40,957 bases of DNA from Macrostomum lignano (lineage: Eukaryota): positions 1 to 40,957 of the forward strand of contig NIVC01004601.1 in NCBI GenBank assembly GCA_002269645.1. The letters run 5' to 3'. Of the stretch, positions 24,594 through 35,921 are shown piece by piece. The notes under the pieces are model-generated. The model was given only the letters and a program-made list of their open reading frames with translations, ran no database searches and was not told the DNA's origin. Numbering within the stretch: position 1 is the stretch's first letter; every line of letters begins with the position of its first letter. Position numbers and translations under genes: made by a program.

Positions 24594-26650
24594 CTGTGTA
24601 TTATAATTATAATCCAAAGCATAGTAGTAGCATACATAAAAATCTAAAATATCAAATTAGGGTTGCATTGATTGCTTCTGGTTTGCACTGACTATGCTGC
24701 AGGTGTAGAGAGTGGTGCATATGCAGGGGTACATGTGGTACATGAGAAGAGACAGACTTGTTTCTTGCAGTTTCTGCCAGTCAGTGTCATGTAACATGGC
24801 ACTGGCCCAGGGCCAGGCATTACCAGCATTCCAAGCCAACTGGCACAGCAATTGGGCTAGCTCCAGCTAGGCACCACAGTTTCCCTTAATCTCTCCCACT
24901 TTGTACCCATGTCCAGCAGTGTCTAGCTTGCTTTTTGGTAATTGCCAATGCCTCCACTAGGTGCCTCCTCTGGCACCTCTGGCACCTTCTCTTTTGCACT
25001 TTGATAAATGCATAATGTGGTATTACCTTAGAGAGGGAATTGTTTTAATCAAGTTATGCAGAATAAACCAACTGTTATCCACATTTCAATGCTAACAGTC
25101 AGACTTACATCTGGCACCCTTTTTGATAAAATATTGCTAAAGAGAGAGTAGAAACAAACAGCCAATAGTATCTTTGCATCCAGTAACCATTCACTAGCAA
25201 AATACCCTGGAAATACAGGTTAATATTTTTAACTATTTACAAGCGTACCTTGTAGATTATAGGCTTAAGAGTAATGGGTTAAATAAAATGTGTATTTTAC
25301 CACATTAATATCTGGATTCCTAAAAGTAGCTTTGCTTATTTAATGTCTTGCTCTTGATTAGTGGTCAATATATTGTAATAATTCTACTAGAATTCAATAA
25401 GCATATAAGTATATAACTTCCAAAAAAAAAATCAGTATACAAACAGATTATATCTTATCAAATATTTGCACCAAAAAATGACAAATAAAATATCTGGCTT
25501 ACAAAAACTATAGCATTGCCTAGATTTGCCTTTATCCAACCTGATGTTACAATTTAGTGAGAGTACAGCCCGGTTTTGTGAATTTGATCAATCAAAAATA
25601 ATGAAAAAAAAGACAATGTTGATTAAAAAGTTTAACCTTTTCTTAATCAAGCATATATCATAAGATATTAAAGCAGTGACAGCTGAGATAGCATCGGGTA
25701 TTAAAGTGGCAGTAGGTTCTGGCATCCTTTCTGGCAGTATGGCAGGTTGAGGTTGATCTAATGCCAGATGCCATAAAAGGCTAGTAACTATAAGTGCTCC
25801 AACCTTGAATGGATATCTGCCTTAGCCTTTTCCTTAGTGATAGCTATCTCTGCTGCATATATTGGAATATTTGTGGCAGCAAATGAGTGGCATAATTGGC
25901 ATAGCTCCAGATCTTTGTAGTGCCAATGTTTATACATGATGTACACTCCAATGCAATCAAAATAGGTGTTGCTAGACAGTTTTGACCAGGTCAAAGGTTG
26001 TTTGTCAAGAAGCTGTATAATCTAACTAAAACCCAAAATAGAAATGATAATAATTCAATTAAAATTTTATTGAATAAAACATTGATGGTAATGAAGTGGT
26101 TGATACATAAAAATATAAATAGTCAGTCTGCTAGTGCATCATATGTACAAACTTGTTGCTAAGCTTGTTCTTTATTTTGTCCTGCTGCCAGCCATTGAGT
26201 TCACGGCACAGTGTAAATCGATCCATCCTTATTTGAAAGTTTGCACTTTGCACTTTCATTGAGTTCTTTGATTTCAACCTCTTGAAAGGTCAATATCTTG
26301 AAAGGTGTCCCTGGGTATTGCATCATGTGTACTTGTCTGCTATTGTGTTGGCTGTACCAATTTGGATGTAATACCCAGCAGTGCTGATTTTATCAGCTTG
26401 TCCATGCAACTGTCATTACTACCTCCTTTGGTTTGTAACTTTGACGGGCTTCCAGGCATCTTTACAGCAACTGCGTGCAAATTAAAGCAATAATTGAATT
26501 TTCCCACTTTGGAAACAACTTGTGAAAATATAAAAATAGCAATAATTTTTTTCAATTTAAATTGTATGTGAAATCAATTATTTAATTGGTTAATCTTAAC
26601 GAAATTGCATGAGCTCTGTGTAATTTCTACAGTTGGTTAATTATTAAAAC

Positions 26651-26947
26651 ATGCAAAGATTAGCACTATGCTTAGCTCGGCAGTTGACAGTTGGTGCTTC
26701 AATTTGTCAACGACAACCAATTCGTCAGCTGTCTCTAATGGACTTCTTTGGTAACAGTCAGGACTGGGGTGTCAGTGCTGTACTGGTTGGCCGGCCTTAT
26801 CGAATTGAGGAGCTTCGATTGAAAAGTTCAACCGATTTGCACAAACTCTGGTGGCTGTTAATTAAAGAGCGTAACGCTTTGATGACGCTGGAGGAAGAGC
26901 ACTACAGGTGTGGAGAAGCTTTTCCCAATCCTGAGCGGCTGGAAAAG
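26651..26947 (+). CDS. MRPL47: Mitochondrial ribosomal protein L47 (uL29m), exon 1
   Basis: GRPYRIEELRLKSSTDLHKLWWLLIKERNALMT...PNPERLEK is the characteristic MRPL47 motif; N-terminal presequence-like segment; phase-0 donor GT at 26948. Confidence 0.93.
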
Positions 26948-27029
26948 GTGTGGTTTTGATGCTAACTTCATCTGATTCTTGTTGGCCTTTAATCTTTTGT
27001 CAGTGTGGGTGGTTTTTCAGTAAGGTGCC

Positions 27030-30000
27030 CTGGATTCTCCAATGTCCTGGATTCTTCAGTATGAATTCTCTAATGTCCTGGATTCTTTAGTAGGGTGTCC
27101 TGGATTCTTCATTGAGGGTGTCCTGGATTCTTCATTGAGGGTGTCCTGGATTCTTCATTGAGGGTGTCCTGGATTCTTCATTGAGGGTGTCCTGGATTCT
27201 TCATTGAGGGTGTCCTGGATTCTTCATTGAGGGTGTCCTGGATTCTTCATTGAGGGTGTCCTGGATTCTTCATTGAGGGTGTCCTGGATTCTTCTGTATG
27301 GTGTCCTGGATTCTTCATTGAGGGTGTCCTGGATTCTTCATTGAGGGTGTCCTGGATTCTTCATTGAGGGTGTCCTGGATTCTTCATTGAGAGTGTCCTG
27401 GATTCTTCATTGAGGGTGTCCTGGATTCTTCATTGAGAGTGTCCTGGATTCTTCATTGAGGGTGTCCTGGATTCTTCATTGAGAGTGTCCTGGATTCTTC
27501 ATTGAGGGTGTCCTGGATTCTTCAGTTGGGTGTCCTGGATTCTTCAGTTGGGTGTCCTGGATTCTTCATTGAGGGTGTCCTGGATTCTTCATTGAGGGTG
27601 TCCTGGATTCTTCATTGAGGGTGGCCTGGATTCTTCATTGAGGCTGGCCTGGATTCTTCATTGAGACTGGCCTGGATTCTTCATTGAGACTGGCCTGGAT
27701 TCTTCATTGAGGCTGGCCTGGATTCTTCATTGAGACTGGCCTGGATTCTTCATTGAGGGTGTCCTGGATTCTTCATTGAGGGTGTCCTGGATTCTTCATT
27801 GAGGGTGTCCTGGATTCTTCATTGAGGGTGTCCTGGATTCTTCATTGAGGGTGTCCTGGATTCTTCATTGAGAGTGTCCTGGATTCTTCATTGAGGGTGT
27901 CCTGGATTCTTCAGTTGGGTGTCCTGGATTCTTCATTGAGGGTGTCCTGGATTCTTCATTGAGGGTGTCCTGGATTCTTCATTGAGAGTGTCCTGGATTC
28001 TTCATTGAGGGTGTCCTGGATTCTTCATTGAGGGTGTCCTGGATTCTTCATTGAGGGTGTCCTGGATTCTTCATTGAGGGTGTCCTGGATTCTTCATTGA
28101 GGGTGTCCTGGATTCTTCATTGAGGGTGTCCTGGATTCTTCATTGAGGGTGTCCTGGATTCTTCATTGAGGGTGTCCTGGATTCTTCATTGAGGGTGTCC
28201 TGGATTATTCATTGAGGGTGTCCTGGATTCTTCATTGAGGGTGTCCTGGATTCTTCATTGAGGGTGTCCTGGATTCTTCATTGAGGGTGTCCTGGATTCT
28301 TCATTGAGGGTGTCCTGGATTCTTCATTGAGGGTGTCCTGGATTCTTCATTGAGGGTGTCCTGGATTCTTCATTGAGGGTGTCCTGGATTCTTCATTGAG
28401 GGTGTCCTGGATTCTTCATTGAGGGTGTCCTGGATTCTTCATTGAGGGTGTCCTGGATTCTTCTGTATGGTGTCCTGGATTCTTCATTGAGGGTGTCCTG
28501 GATTCTTCATTGAGGGTGTCCTGGATTCTTCATTGAGGGTGTCCTGGATTCTTCATTGAGAGTGTCCTGGATTCTTCATTGAGGGTGTCCTGGATTCTTC
28601 ATTGAGAGTGTCCTGGATTCTTCATTGAGGGTGTCCTGGATTCTTCATTGAGAGTGTCCTGGATTCTTCATTGAGGGTGTCCTGGATTCTTCAGTTGGGT
28701 GTCCTGGATTCTTCAGTTGGGTGTCCTGGATTCTTCATTGAGGGTGTCCTGGATTCTTCATTGAGGGTGTCCTGGATTCTTCATTGAGGGTGGCCTGGAT
28801 TCTTCATTGAGGCTGGCCTGGATTCTTCATTGAGACTGGCCTGGATTCTTCATTGAGACTGGCCTGGATTCTTCATTGAGGCTGGCCTGGATTCTTCATT
28901 GAGACTGGCCTGGATTCTTCATTGAGGGTGTCCTGGATTCTTCATTGAGGGTGTCCTGGATTCTTCATTGAGGGTGTCCTGGATTCTTCATTGAGGGTGT
29001 CCTGGATTCTTCATTGAGGGTGTCCTGGATTCTTCATTGAGAGTGTCCTGGATTCTTCATTGAGGGTGTCCTGGATTCTTCAGTTGGGTGTCCTGGATTC
29101 TTCATTGAGGGTGTCCTGGATTCTTCATTGAGGGTGTCCTGGATTCTTCATTGAGAGTGTCCTGGATTCTTCATTGAGGGTGTCCTGGATTCTTCATTGA
29201 GGGTGTCCTGGATTCTTCATTGAGGGTGTCCTGGATTCTTCATTGAGGGTGTCCTGGATTCTTCATTGAGGGTGTCCTGGATTCTTCATTGAGGGTGTCC
29301 TGGATTCTTCATTGAGGGTGTCCTGGATTCTTCATTGAGGGTGTCCTGGATTCTTCATTGAGGGTGTCCTGGATTCTTCATTGAGGGTGTCCTGGATTCT
29401 TCATTGAGGGTGTCCTGGATTCTTCATTGAGGGTGTCCTGGATTCTTCATTGAGGGTGTCCTGGATTCTTCATTGAGGGTGTCCTGGATTCTTCATTGAG
29501 GGTGTCCTGGATTCTTCATTGAGGGTGTCCTGGATTCTTCATTGAGGGTGTCCTGGATTCTTCATTGAGGGTGTCCTGGATTCTTCATTGAGGGTGTCCT
29601 GGATTCTTCATTGAGGGTGTCCTGGATTCTTCATTGAGGGTGTCCTGGATTCTTCATTGAGGGTGTCCTGGATTCTTCATTGAGGGTGTCCTGGATTCTT
29701 CATTGAGGGTGTCCTGGATTCTTCATTGAGGGTGTCCTGGATTCTTCATTGAGGGTGTCCTGGATTCTTCATTGAGGGTGTCCTGGATTCTTCATTGAGG
29801 GTGTCCTGGATTCTTCATTGAGGGTGTCCTGGATTCTTCATTGAGGGTGTCCTGGATTCTTCATTGAGGGTGTCCTGGATTCTTCATTGAGGGTGTCCTG
29901 GATTCTTCATTGAGGGTGTCCTGGATTCTTCATTGAGGGTGTCCTGGATTCTTCATTGAGGGTGTCCTGGATTCTTCTGATGGTGTCCTGGATTCTTCAT

Positions 30001-30190
30001 TGAGGGTGTCCTGGATTCTTCATTGAGGGTGTCCTGGATTCTTCATTGAGGGTGTCCTGGATTCTTCATTGAGGGTGTCCTGGATTCTTCATTGAGGGTG
30101 TCCTGGATTCTTCATTGAGGGTGTCCTGGATTCTTCATTGAGGGTGTCCTGGATTCTTCATTGAGGGTGTCCTGGATTCTTCATTGAAGC
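27030..30190. repeat. 23-bp intronic minisatellite (~135 copies) with a 1169-bp internal duplication
   Basis: Unit TCCTGGATTCTTCATTGAGGGTG fills the 3327-bp MRPL47 intron (26948-30274). Rare variants recur at a fixed 1169-bp offset. Confidence 0.98.
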
Positions 30191-30274
30191 GTCTGCTGTA
30201 ACTCTAACTCCCTTAATAGGAAGTTACAATGCAAAAATTACTATATTTTCACCCGGTCACCCAAACTCACCCAG

Positions 30275-30625
30275 GTGGAAGAGTCAATGGAGAACATCCT
30301 ACTAACAGTAGAGGAGCGAAATCGCGCAGTTAACGAACTGGAACGCGGCCATTCGCCCGGCCCAGAAGTGGTGGAAGACGTCGATCAGCTGTTTAGGCCG
30401 ACAGTGAAGGTCACCCGAGAGTACGCAGTGCCCCGTCACGCCAATCCCGAGTTTCGTCATCGAGATAAGCCTGATCAATTCTTCTCAAGCAGAAATTTGG
30501 CCCTACTTCAGGCTGAACGAGAGACTAAAATTCGAAGCCAGGTGCACGAGGAACGCGAGGCGAGATTAGCCGAGAATGAGGCCGCCTATCAGGATATGCT
30601 GTTCAAAGAGGATAACTATAATTAG
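30275..30625 (+). CDS. MRPL47: Mitochondrial ribosomal protein L47, exon 2
   Basis: Acceptor CCCAG|GTG at 30274/30275, phase 0. VEESMENILLTVEERN continues the conserved ERLEK-VEESM..I..VV.ER motif; stop TAG at 30623-30625. Confidence 0.9.
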   Translation: MEESMENILLTVEERNRAVNELERGHSPGPEVVEDVDQLFRPTVKVTREYAVPRHANPEFRHRDKPDQFFSSRNLALLQAERETKIRSQVHEEREARLAENEAAYQDMLFKEDNYN

Positions 30626-30714
30626 ATTTTTTATTACTATTACAATCTGAGTGTCCTAATTAGCATTTTTATTAATCCATTTGTGTTTCATTGTTCTATG
30701 GTTTATTGGTCATG

Positions 30715-31215
30715 AATTCTACTCCCCAGATCCTGAGTTCTACTCCCTAGATCCTGAGTTCTACTCCTCAGATCCTGAGTTCTACTCCCTAGATCCTGAG
30801 TTCTACTCCCAGATCCTGAGTTCTACTCCTCAAATCCTGAGTTCTACCCCCAGATCCTGAGTTCTACTCCCTAGATCCTGAGTTCTACTCCCTAGATCCT
30901 GAGTTCTACCCCCAGATCCAGAGTTCTACTCCCTAGATCCTGAGTTCTACTCCTCAAATCCTGAGTTCTACTCCTCAGATCCTGAGTTCTACCCCAGATC
31001 CTGAGTTCTACTCCCTAGATCCTGAGTTCTACCCCCAGATCCTGAGTTCTACTCCTCAGATCCTGAGTTCTACTCCTCAGATCCTGAGTTCTACCCCCAG
31101 ATCCTGAGTTCTACTCCTCAGATCCTGAGTTCTACCCCCCAGATCCTGAGTTCTACTCCTCAGATCCTGAGTTCTACTCTCTAGATCCTGAGTTCTACTC
31201 CTCATGTTCTAAGTT
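30715..31215. repeat. 20-21-bp minisatellite downstream of MRPL47
   Basis: Unit CAGATCCTGAGTTCTACYCCY, about 23 copies. Confidence 0.95.
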
Positions 31216-31544
31216 CTACTCCCCACATCTTAAGCTCTTCGACTTTCTAGAGTACATCAGAAAGTACCATAATTTCGATAGTAGCTAAAATCTTAGCGCT
31301 GCTCTTTTGCTAGTTTGAAATGCGGTTTCTATTACAGGGCCATTTTGATGCTGCTCTTTAAGTTAACATCAAGTAGCTTCGAACTTGTTGGCAATGCAAT
31401 CTTGCTGGTAGTTTTGTTGCTAATAAAGAAATATTGTTAACACCCAAGTTGTAGACACTATCGTGTCAAATATTACTTTGATTTCCTTATATTTAGTTAA
31501 GTGTTCAACTAGCTGTTTATTGAGATGCTTTAAGTAGACATTCA

Positions 31545-31890
31545 GCCTCCCAGATCCTCAATTGCTAGGCCAGCCACCCAGATCATCAGTTGCTGGGTCA
31601 GCCTCCCAGATCCTCAGTTGCTGGGCCTACCAGAGTGTCAGTTGCTCGAGTCTCCCAGATTCCAGTTGCAGTCTTCCAGATTCTCAGTTGCTGGGTCAGC
31701 CTCGCAGATCCTCAGTTGCTGGGTCAGCCTCCCAGATCCTCAGTTGCTAGGATCCTCAGTTGCCAGTCCCAGATCCTCAAGTCTCCCAGATCCTCAGTTG
31801 CTGGGCCAGCCTTCAGATCCTCAGTTGCTAGGCCAGTCTCCTAGATCCTCAATTGCTAGGCCAGCCTCCCAGATCCTCAGTTGCTAGTCA
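31545..31890. repeat. 28-bp minisatellite, degenerate array
   Basis: Unit GCCAGCCTCCCAGATCCTCAGTTGCTGG, same family as 37080-37690. Confidence 0.92.
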
Positions 31891-32035
31891 CAGTTTAATG
31901 TACTTTTCCATTTTCAGTTAGCTGGGTAAAATGAAAAAAATCCAATTTGAAGAAAATCTCTTTTTTTCTACTTACTAAGTAGGCGAATAAGGACATGAAT
32001 TGATTTATTTAATATCCGCATGCGCAGCAATTAGA

Positions 32036-32353
32036 ATGGCTCCAGCCTATGAGATCTGCGTCGGCCTAAAGAAGGGCCACCGTGTAACGACCAACGCGCC
32101 TCGCGAGAAGCCCGCAAACAGGCGCGGAAAATCCACAAAGAATAACAAATTCGTTCGCTCGGTTATTCGCGAAATTGTTGGCTACGCGCCCTACGAGCGT
32201 CGAATTGTTGAATTGTTGAAGATCTCCAAGGATAAGCGCGCGTTGAAGTTTGCTAAGCGCCGTCTCGGCTCGCATCTGCGCGCCAAGAGGAAGCGCGAAG
32301 AGATGGTCCGCGTGGTGCAGGCCCAGCACCGCAAGAAGGAGACCAAGGAGTGA
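32036..32353 (+). CDS. RPL36: 60S ribosomal protein L36 (eL36), intronless CDS, 105 aa
   Basis: [18 protein letters not shown]...[52 protein letters not shown] is the eL36 signature. The true ATG is 32036; the track start at 32000 is a TTG upstream of a splice acceptor. Confidence 0.96.
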   Translation: MAPAYEICVGLKKGHRVTTNAPREKPANRRGKSTKNNKFVRSVIREIVGYAPYERRIVELLKISKDKRALKFAKRRLGSHLRAKRKREEMVRVVQAQHRKKETKE

Positions 32354-32689
32354 CAATATATTGTGTAGTTAAGCTATGGCAGACTAGCTGATCGAGTGCG
32401 AAATTCTGTTGGAAGTAAATAATAATTGAAGCTGTGTTAGTTGACAATTTTTTTGCAATGAAAAAAATCAACTGACCCATTGTCTTGTTGATTGGTTGGA
32501 GAAATGTTGATTAACATTTTTGCTTGGTTTTTTTCTTTTTACTTCTCTTTTCTGTTTCTTTCTGTAATATCTTAGTAGATTTTAGGCGTTAGGTAACTTC
32601 AAGCTCGGTAAGGGTTATTCAACGAGTTCAGGTTTTCCGGGCACAGATAATGTCAGATGTTTTCCCCGTCAAGGTTTTCTTGTTGAGTT

Positions 32690-33175
32690 TCCCCATCGAT
32701 TTTTCCCTCCCAAGGTCACCTGTCCAGTTTTCCACCCCAAGTCACCCATGGAGTTTTCCACCTCGAGGTCACCCGTCGAGTCCTTCCCAAGGTCACCCAT
32801 GGAGTTTTCCACCTCTAGGTCACCCGTCGAGTATTCCTTCAAGGTCACCCATGGAGTTTTCCACCTCGAGGTCACCCGTCGAGTCCTTCCCAAGGTCACC
32901 CATGGAGTTTTCCACCTCGAGGTCACCCGTCGAGTCCTTCCCAAGGTCACCCATGGAGCTTTCCACCTCGAGGTCACCCGTCGAGTCCTTCCCAAGGTCA
33001 CCCATGGAGTTTTCCACCTCGAGGTCACCCGTCGAGTCCTTCCCAAGGTCACCCATGGAGCTTTCCACCTCGAGGTCACCCGTCGAGTATTCCTTCAAGG
33101 TCACCCATGGAGTTTTCCACCTCGAGGTCACCCGTCGAGTATTCCTTCCCAAGGTCAACACGTCGAGTTTTCCCC
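32690..33175. repeat. 51-bp bipartite minisatellite (~8 copies)
   Basis: AAGGTCACCCATGGAGTTTTCCACCTCG + AGGTCACCCGTCGAGTCCTTCCC; both halves contain AGGTCACCC. Gives the 17-aa periodic ORFs. Confidence 0.95.
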
Positions 33176-33573
33176 ACCGAGATATCAGCCTCCTCTGTGA
33201 CAATTCCACTAACAATCAGTATCAAGTGTCTGCAGAATTGAAGTTCTTCGGCCAGAATACTTGGTTTGAATTTCTCTATTTGATTGTCTTTTAACCATAG
33301 AGAAGTGCCCGATTGGGCTTTTTTATGGCCGAGTACAGTTCTGTGGCAGCAAATAAGGATTCTTCACTTATCAAACCATCCAATTGAGTGACAATGTCTA
33401 GTACGTAAGAGAATTAGCTCGTAATCTCACACAGTACAGTTCATACTGTACTTTAATTTTTGCTGCTTCCTTTCTAGATGTATTTTTAGCTCTCTTAGAC
33501 TTGATTGATTAAAGTGAACACTGAAAAGCTGAATCTGGAGTATAGAATTCTGAGGTTTATTAGAGGTACGTTG

Positions 33574-34205
33574 TCACAACCGACGAGAGGCATTGCTGCC
33601 CATTCCGCCGACTCCCCTGAGCAGGCACACAAGCGCGCGGATACGTACGCAGTAATATGGGGTCGCTTTCATAAGACCGAAATTTCAAAACGCCAAAAAC
33701 TCAAAATGCAGGGCCCCTCACAAGACCAAAACTTCATAAGACCGAAGTTTCACAACGACGAAAACTCAAAATGCAGGGCCCTTCACAAGACCGAAAACTC
33801 AAAATGCAAAATGAACAATCAATTTCACTACTCACTGTTCACAAAAAGTTGAATGCTTCGTTCCTGCTTGCTTCTGACGTAACAAATTTTATAATGACCA
33901 AGAACATTTACATGCCAGCTCCATTATGAAGTTTCGGTCTTGTGAAGGGCCCTGCTTTTTGGTTTTTGGCGTTGTGAAATTTCGGTCTTATGAACCCCCC
34001 CCGTCATACGCGCAGGCACACACTCACACAGGAGTACATGTACATTTCACTGTGCCTTGGGGATTGTCCCCCGACCTCAAGGCCGTTAATTGCACGAGCA
34101 GAGCGAAGCCAAGATTCAAATTTAGCTCAAAATTATTGTGACTGCACTTGGAATCGAGCCTGGGCCGCTGGCACATAAGATTGTCGCGCTAGACCAGTAG
34201 GCTAC
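33574..34205 (-). mobile_element. tRNA-derived SINE copy interrupted by a MITE
   Basis: 33574-33654 and 34003-34190 together align to 7650-7935. On -, A-box-like TAGCCTACTGG (34194-34204) and B-box-like GGCTCGATTCC (34150-34160). Confidence 0.75.
33659..34002. mobile_element. Non-autonomous DNA transposon (MITE, ~344 bp) with ~80-bp TIRs
   Basis: Left GGGG...TTCATAAGACCGAAATTTCAAAACGCCAAAAA...GCAGGGCCC..CACAAGACC matches the reverse complement of the right end GGTCTTGTGAAGGGCCCTGC...TTTTTGGCGTTGTGAAATTTCGGTCTTATGAACCCCCCCC. Absent from the 7650-7967 SINE copy. TSD not cleanly resolved. Confidence 0.88.
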
Positions 34206-34264
34206 TATAAAACCATAAAACCAATATTTCAGGTGCCAGTCTATCATAATACATATCAAACACA

Positions 34265-34733
34265 ATGGCAAATCCAGCTAACAGTGCATCCAGCAGGATG
34301 CCCATTGCCAGTCGGGATCATCAGTTTGCCATACCAATTCGAATTGTGTACGTCAACTCGTTGAATAATTTTCATTTCATTTTGGAGGAAGACTACGCCA
34401 AATTGAACGAATTAATGTCGGCTATGTACCAATTCTACTCGTCACCCAACAGTGCCAGTGTAGTTTGTACATCCAAACTCAAACTCGGCAGTCTGTACTC
34501 TCTATACGCCTATAATGAATGGTATCGAGCCCGGCTGTTGTCCGTTGACCAGCAGCAGCCAATACCCGACCAACAGGTGGTGGGCAGTATGCAGTTTGAA
34601 CTGATCGATTTCGGAGAACTTATCGCTGTGCCGTGTATGGAGCTGCATCGAGTGGCCAGGCTGCTTGTGAGATTTGCCGAGATGAAACCGGCCGCTCTTC
34701 TGGGCAGGTTGGCCAGCGTCTATCCTAAGCCTG
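34265..34733 (+). CDS. Extended Tudor-domain protein (TDRD-like), exon 1
   Basis: VYVNSLNNFHF...GSLYSLYAYNEWYRARLLSV...FELIDFGE...MKPAALLGRLASVYP has Tudor hallmarks (WYRA, F.DFG) and the flanking SN-like segments. Phase-1 donor GTGGGT at 34734. Confidence 0.82.
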
Positions 34734-34839
34734 GTGGGTTGGTTTGTTCCTGATTCATCTGCTTATATCTTTATGTAAATCAGGCAGTTATTGGGTATGG
34801 CTGTCATTAAGCACTGTCACTCTATGTATACCCTTCACT

Positions 34840-35921
34840 AGCACTCTCAGCCCATTGACACTCTAAACCCTCCACTGGCACTCTAAACCCTCCATTGGCA
34901 CTCTACACTCTCCATTGGCACTCTACACCCTCCATTGGCACTCTACACTCTCCATTGGCACTCTACACCCTCCATTGGCACTCTACACCCTCCATTGACA
35001 CTCTACACCCTCCATTGGCACTCCGCACCCTCCCAACACTCTAAACCCTCCATTGGGACTCTACACTCTCCATTGACACTCTACACCCTCCATTGACACT
35101 CTACACCCTCCATTGACACTCTACACTCTCCATTGACACTCTACACCCTCCATTGGCACTCTACACTCTCCATTGGCACTCTACACCCTCCATTGGCACT
35201 CTACACCCTCCACTGACACTCTACACCCTCCATTGGCACTCTACACCCTCCATTGGCACTCTACACCCTCCATTGGCACTCTACACTCTCCATTGACACT
35301 CTACACCCTCCATTGGCACTCTACACTCTCCATTGACACTCTACACCCTCCATTGGCACTCTACACCCTCCATTGACGCTCTACACCCTCCATTGGCACT
35401 CTACACTCTCCATTGCACTCTACACTCTACACTCTCCATTGCACTCTACACCCTCCATTGGCACTCTACACCCTCCATTGGCACTCTACACCCTCCATTG
35501 CACTCTACACTCTCCATTGACACTCTACACCCTCCATTGGCACTCTACACCCTCCATTGGCACTCTACACCCTCCATTGCACTCTACATCCTCCATTGGC
35601 ACTCTACACTCTCCATTGACACTCTACACCCTCCATTGGCACTCTACACTCTCCATTGCACTCTACACCCTCCATTGGCACTCTACACTCTCCATTGGCA
35701 CTCTACACTCTCCATTGACACTCTACACCCTCCATTGGCACTCTACACCCTCCATTGACGCTCTACACCCTCCATTGGCACTCTACACTCTCCATTGCAC
35801 TCTACACACTACACTCTCCATTGACACTCTACACTCTCCATTGGCACTCTACACCCTCCATTGACGCTCTACACCCTCCATTGACGCTCTACACCCTCCA
35901 TTGACGCTCTACACCCTCCAC
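34840..35921. repeat. 19-20-bp intronic minisatellite
   Basis: Unit CCATTGGCACTCTACACCCT inside the Tudor-gene intron (34734-36224). Confidence 0.97.

Larger units (their letters stand above)
14700..26550 (-). mobile_element. Large decayed, CpG-depleted transposon-derived island containing MULE remnants; boundaries approximate, may be several nested elements
   Basis: AT-rich with very few CG dinucleotides. Several minus-strand frames have interspersed stops and GT/AG boundaries (~26470-26110, 26014-25630, 25219-25123, 24593-23900, 22990-22485, 22365-21990, 21460-21245). No terminal inverted repeats found by eye. Confidence 0.5.

Noticed and set aside
24657-25219. Ulp1/C48 protease remnant (EWLLD, RHCW, GNCG)
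   Set aside because: Motifs lie in different frames and the His-Cys spacing is too short.
26651-26959. MRPL47 as a 102-aa single-exon ORF ending VWF
   Set aside because: The conserved sequence resumes at 30275; the last residues are intron read-through.
32066-32480. Antisense ORFs over RPL36
   Set aside because: Shadow frames of a GC-rich CDS.
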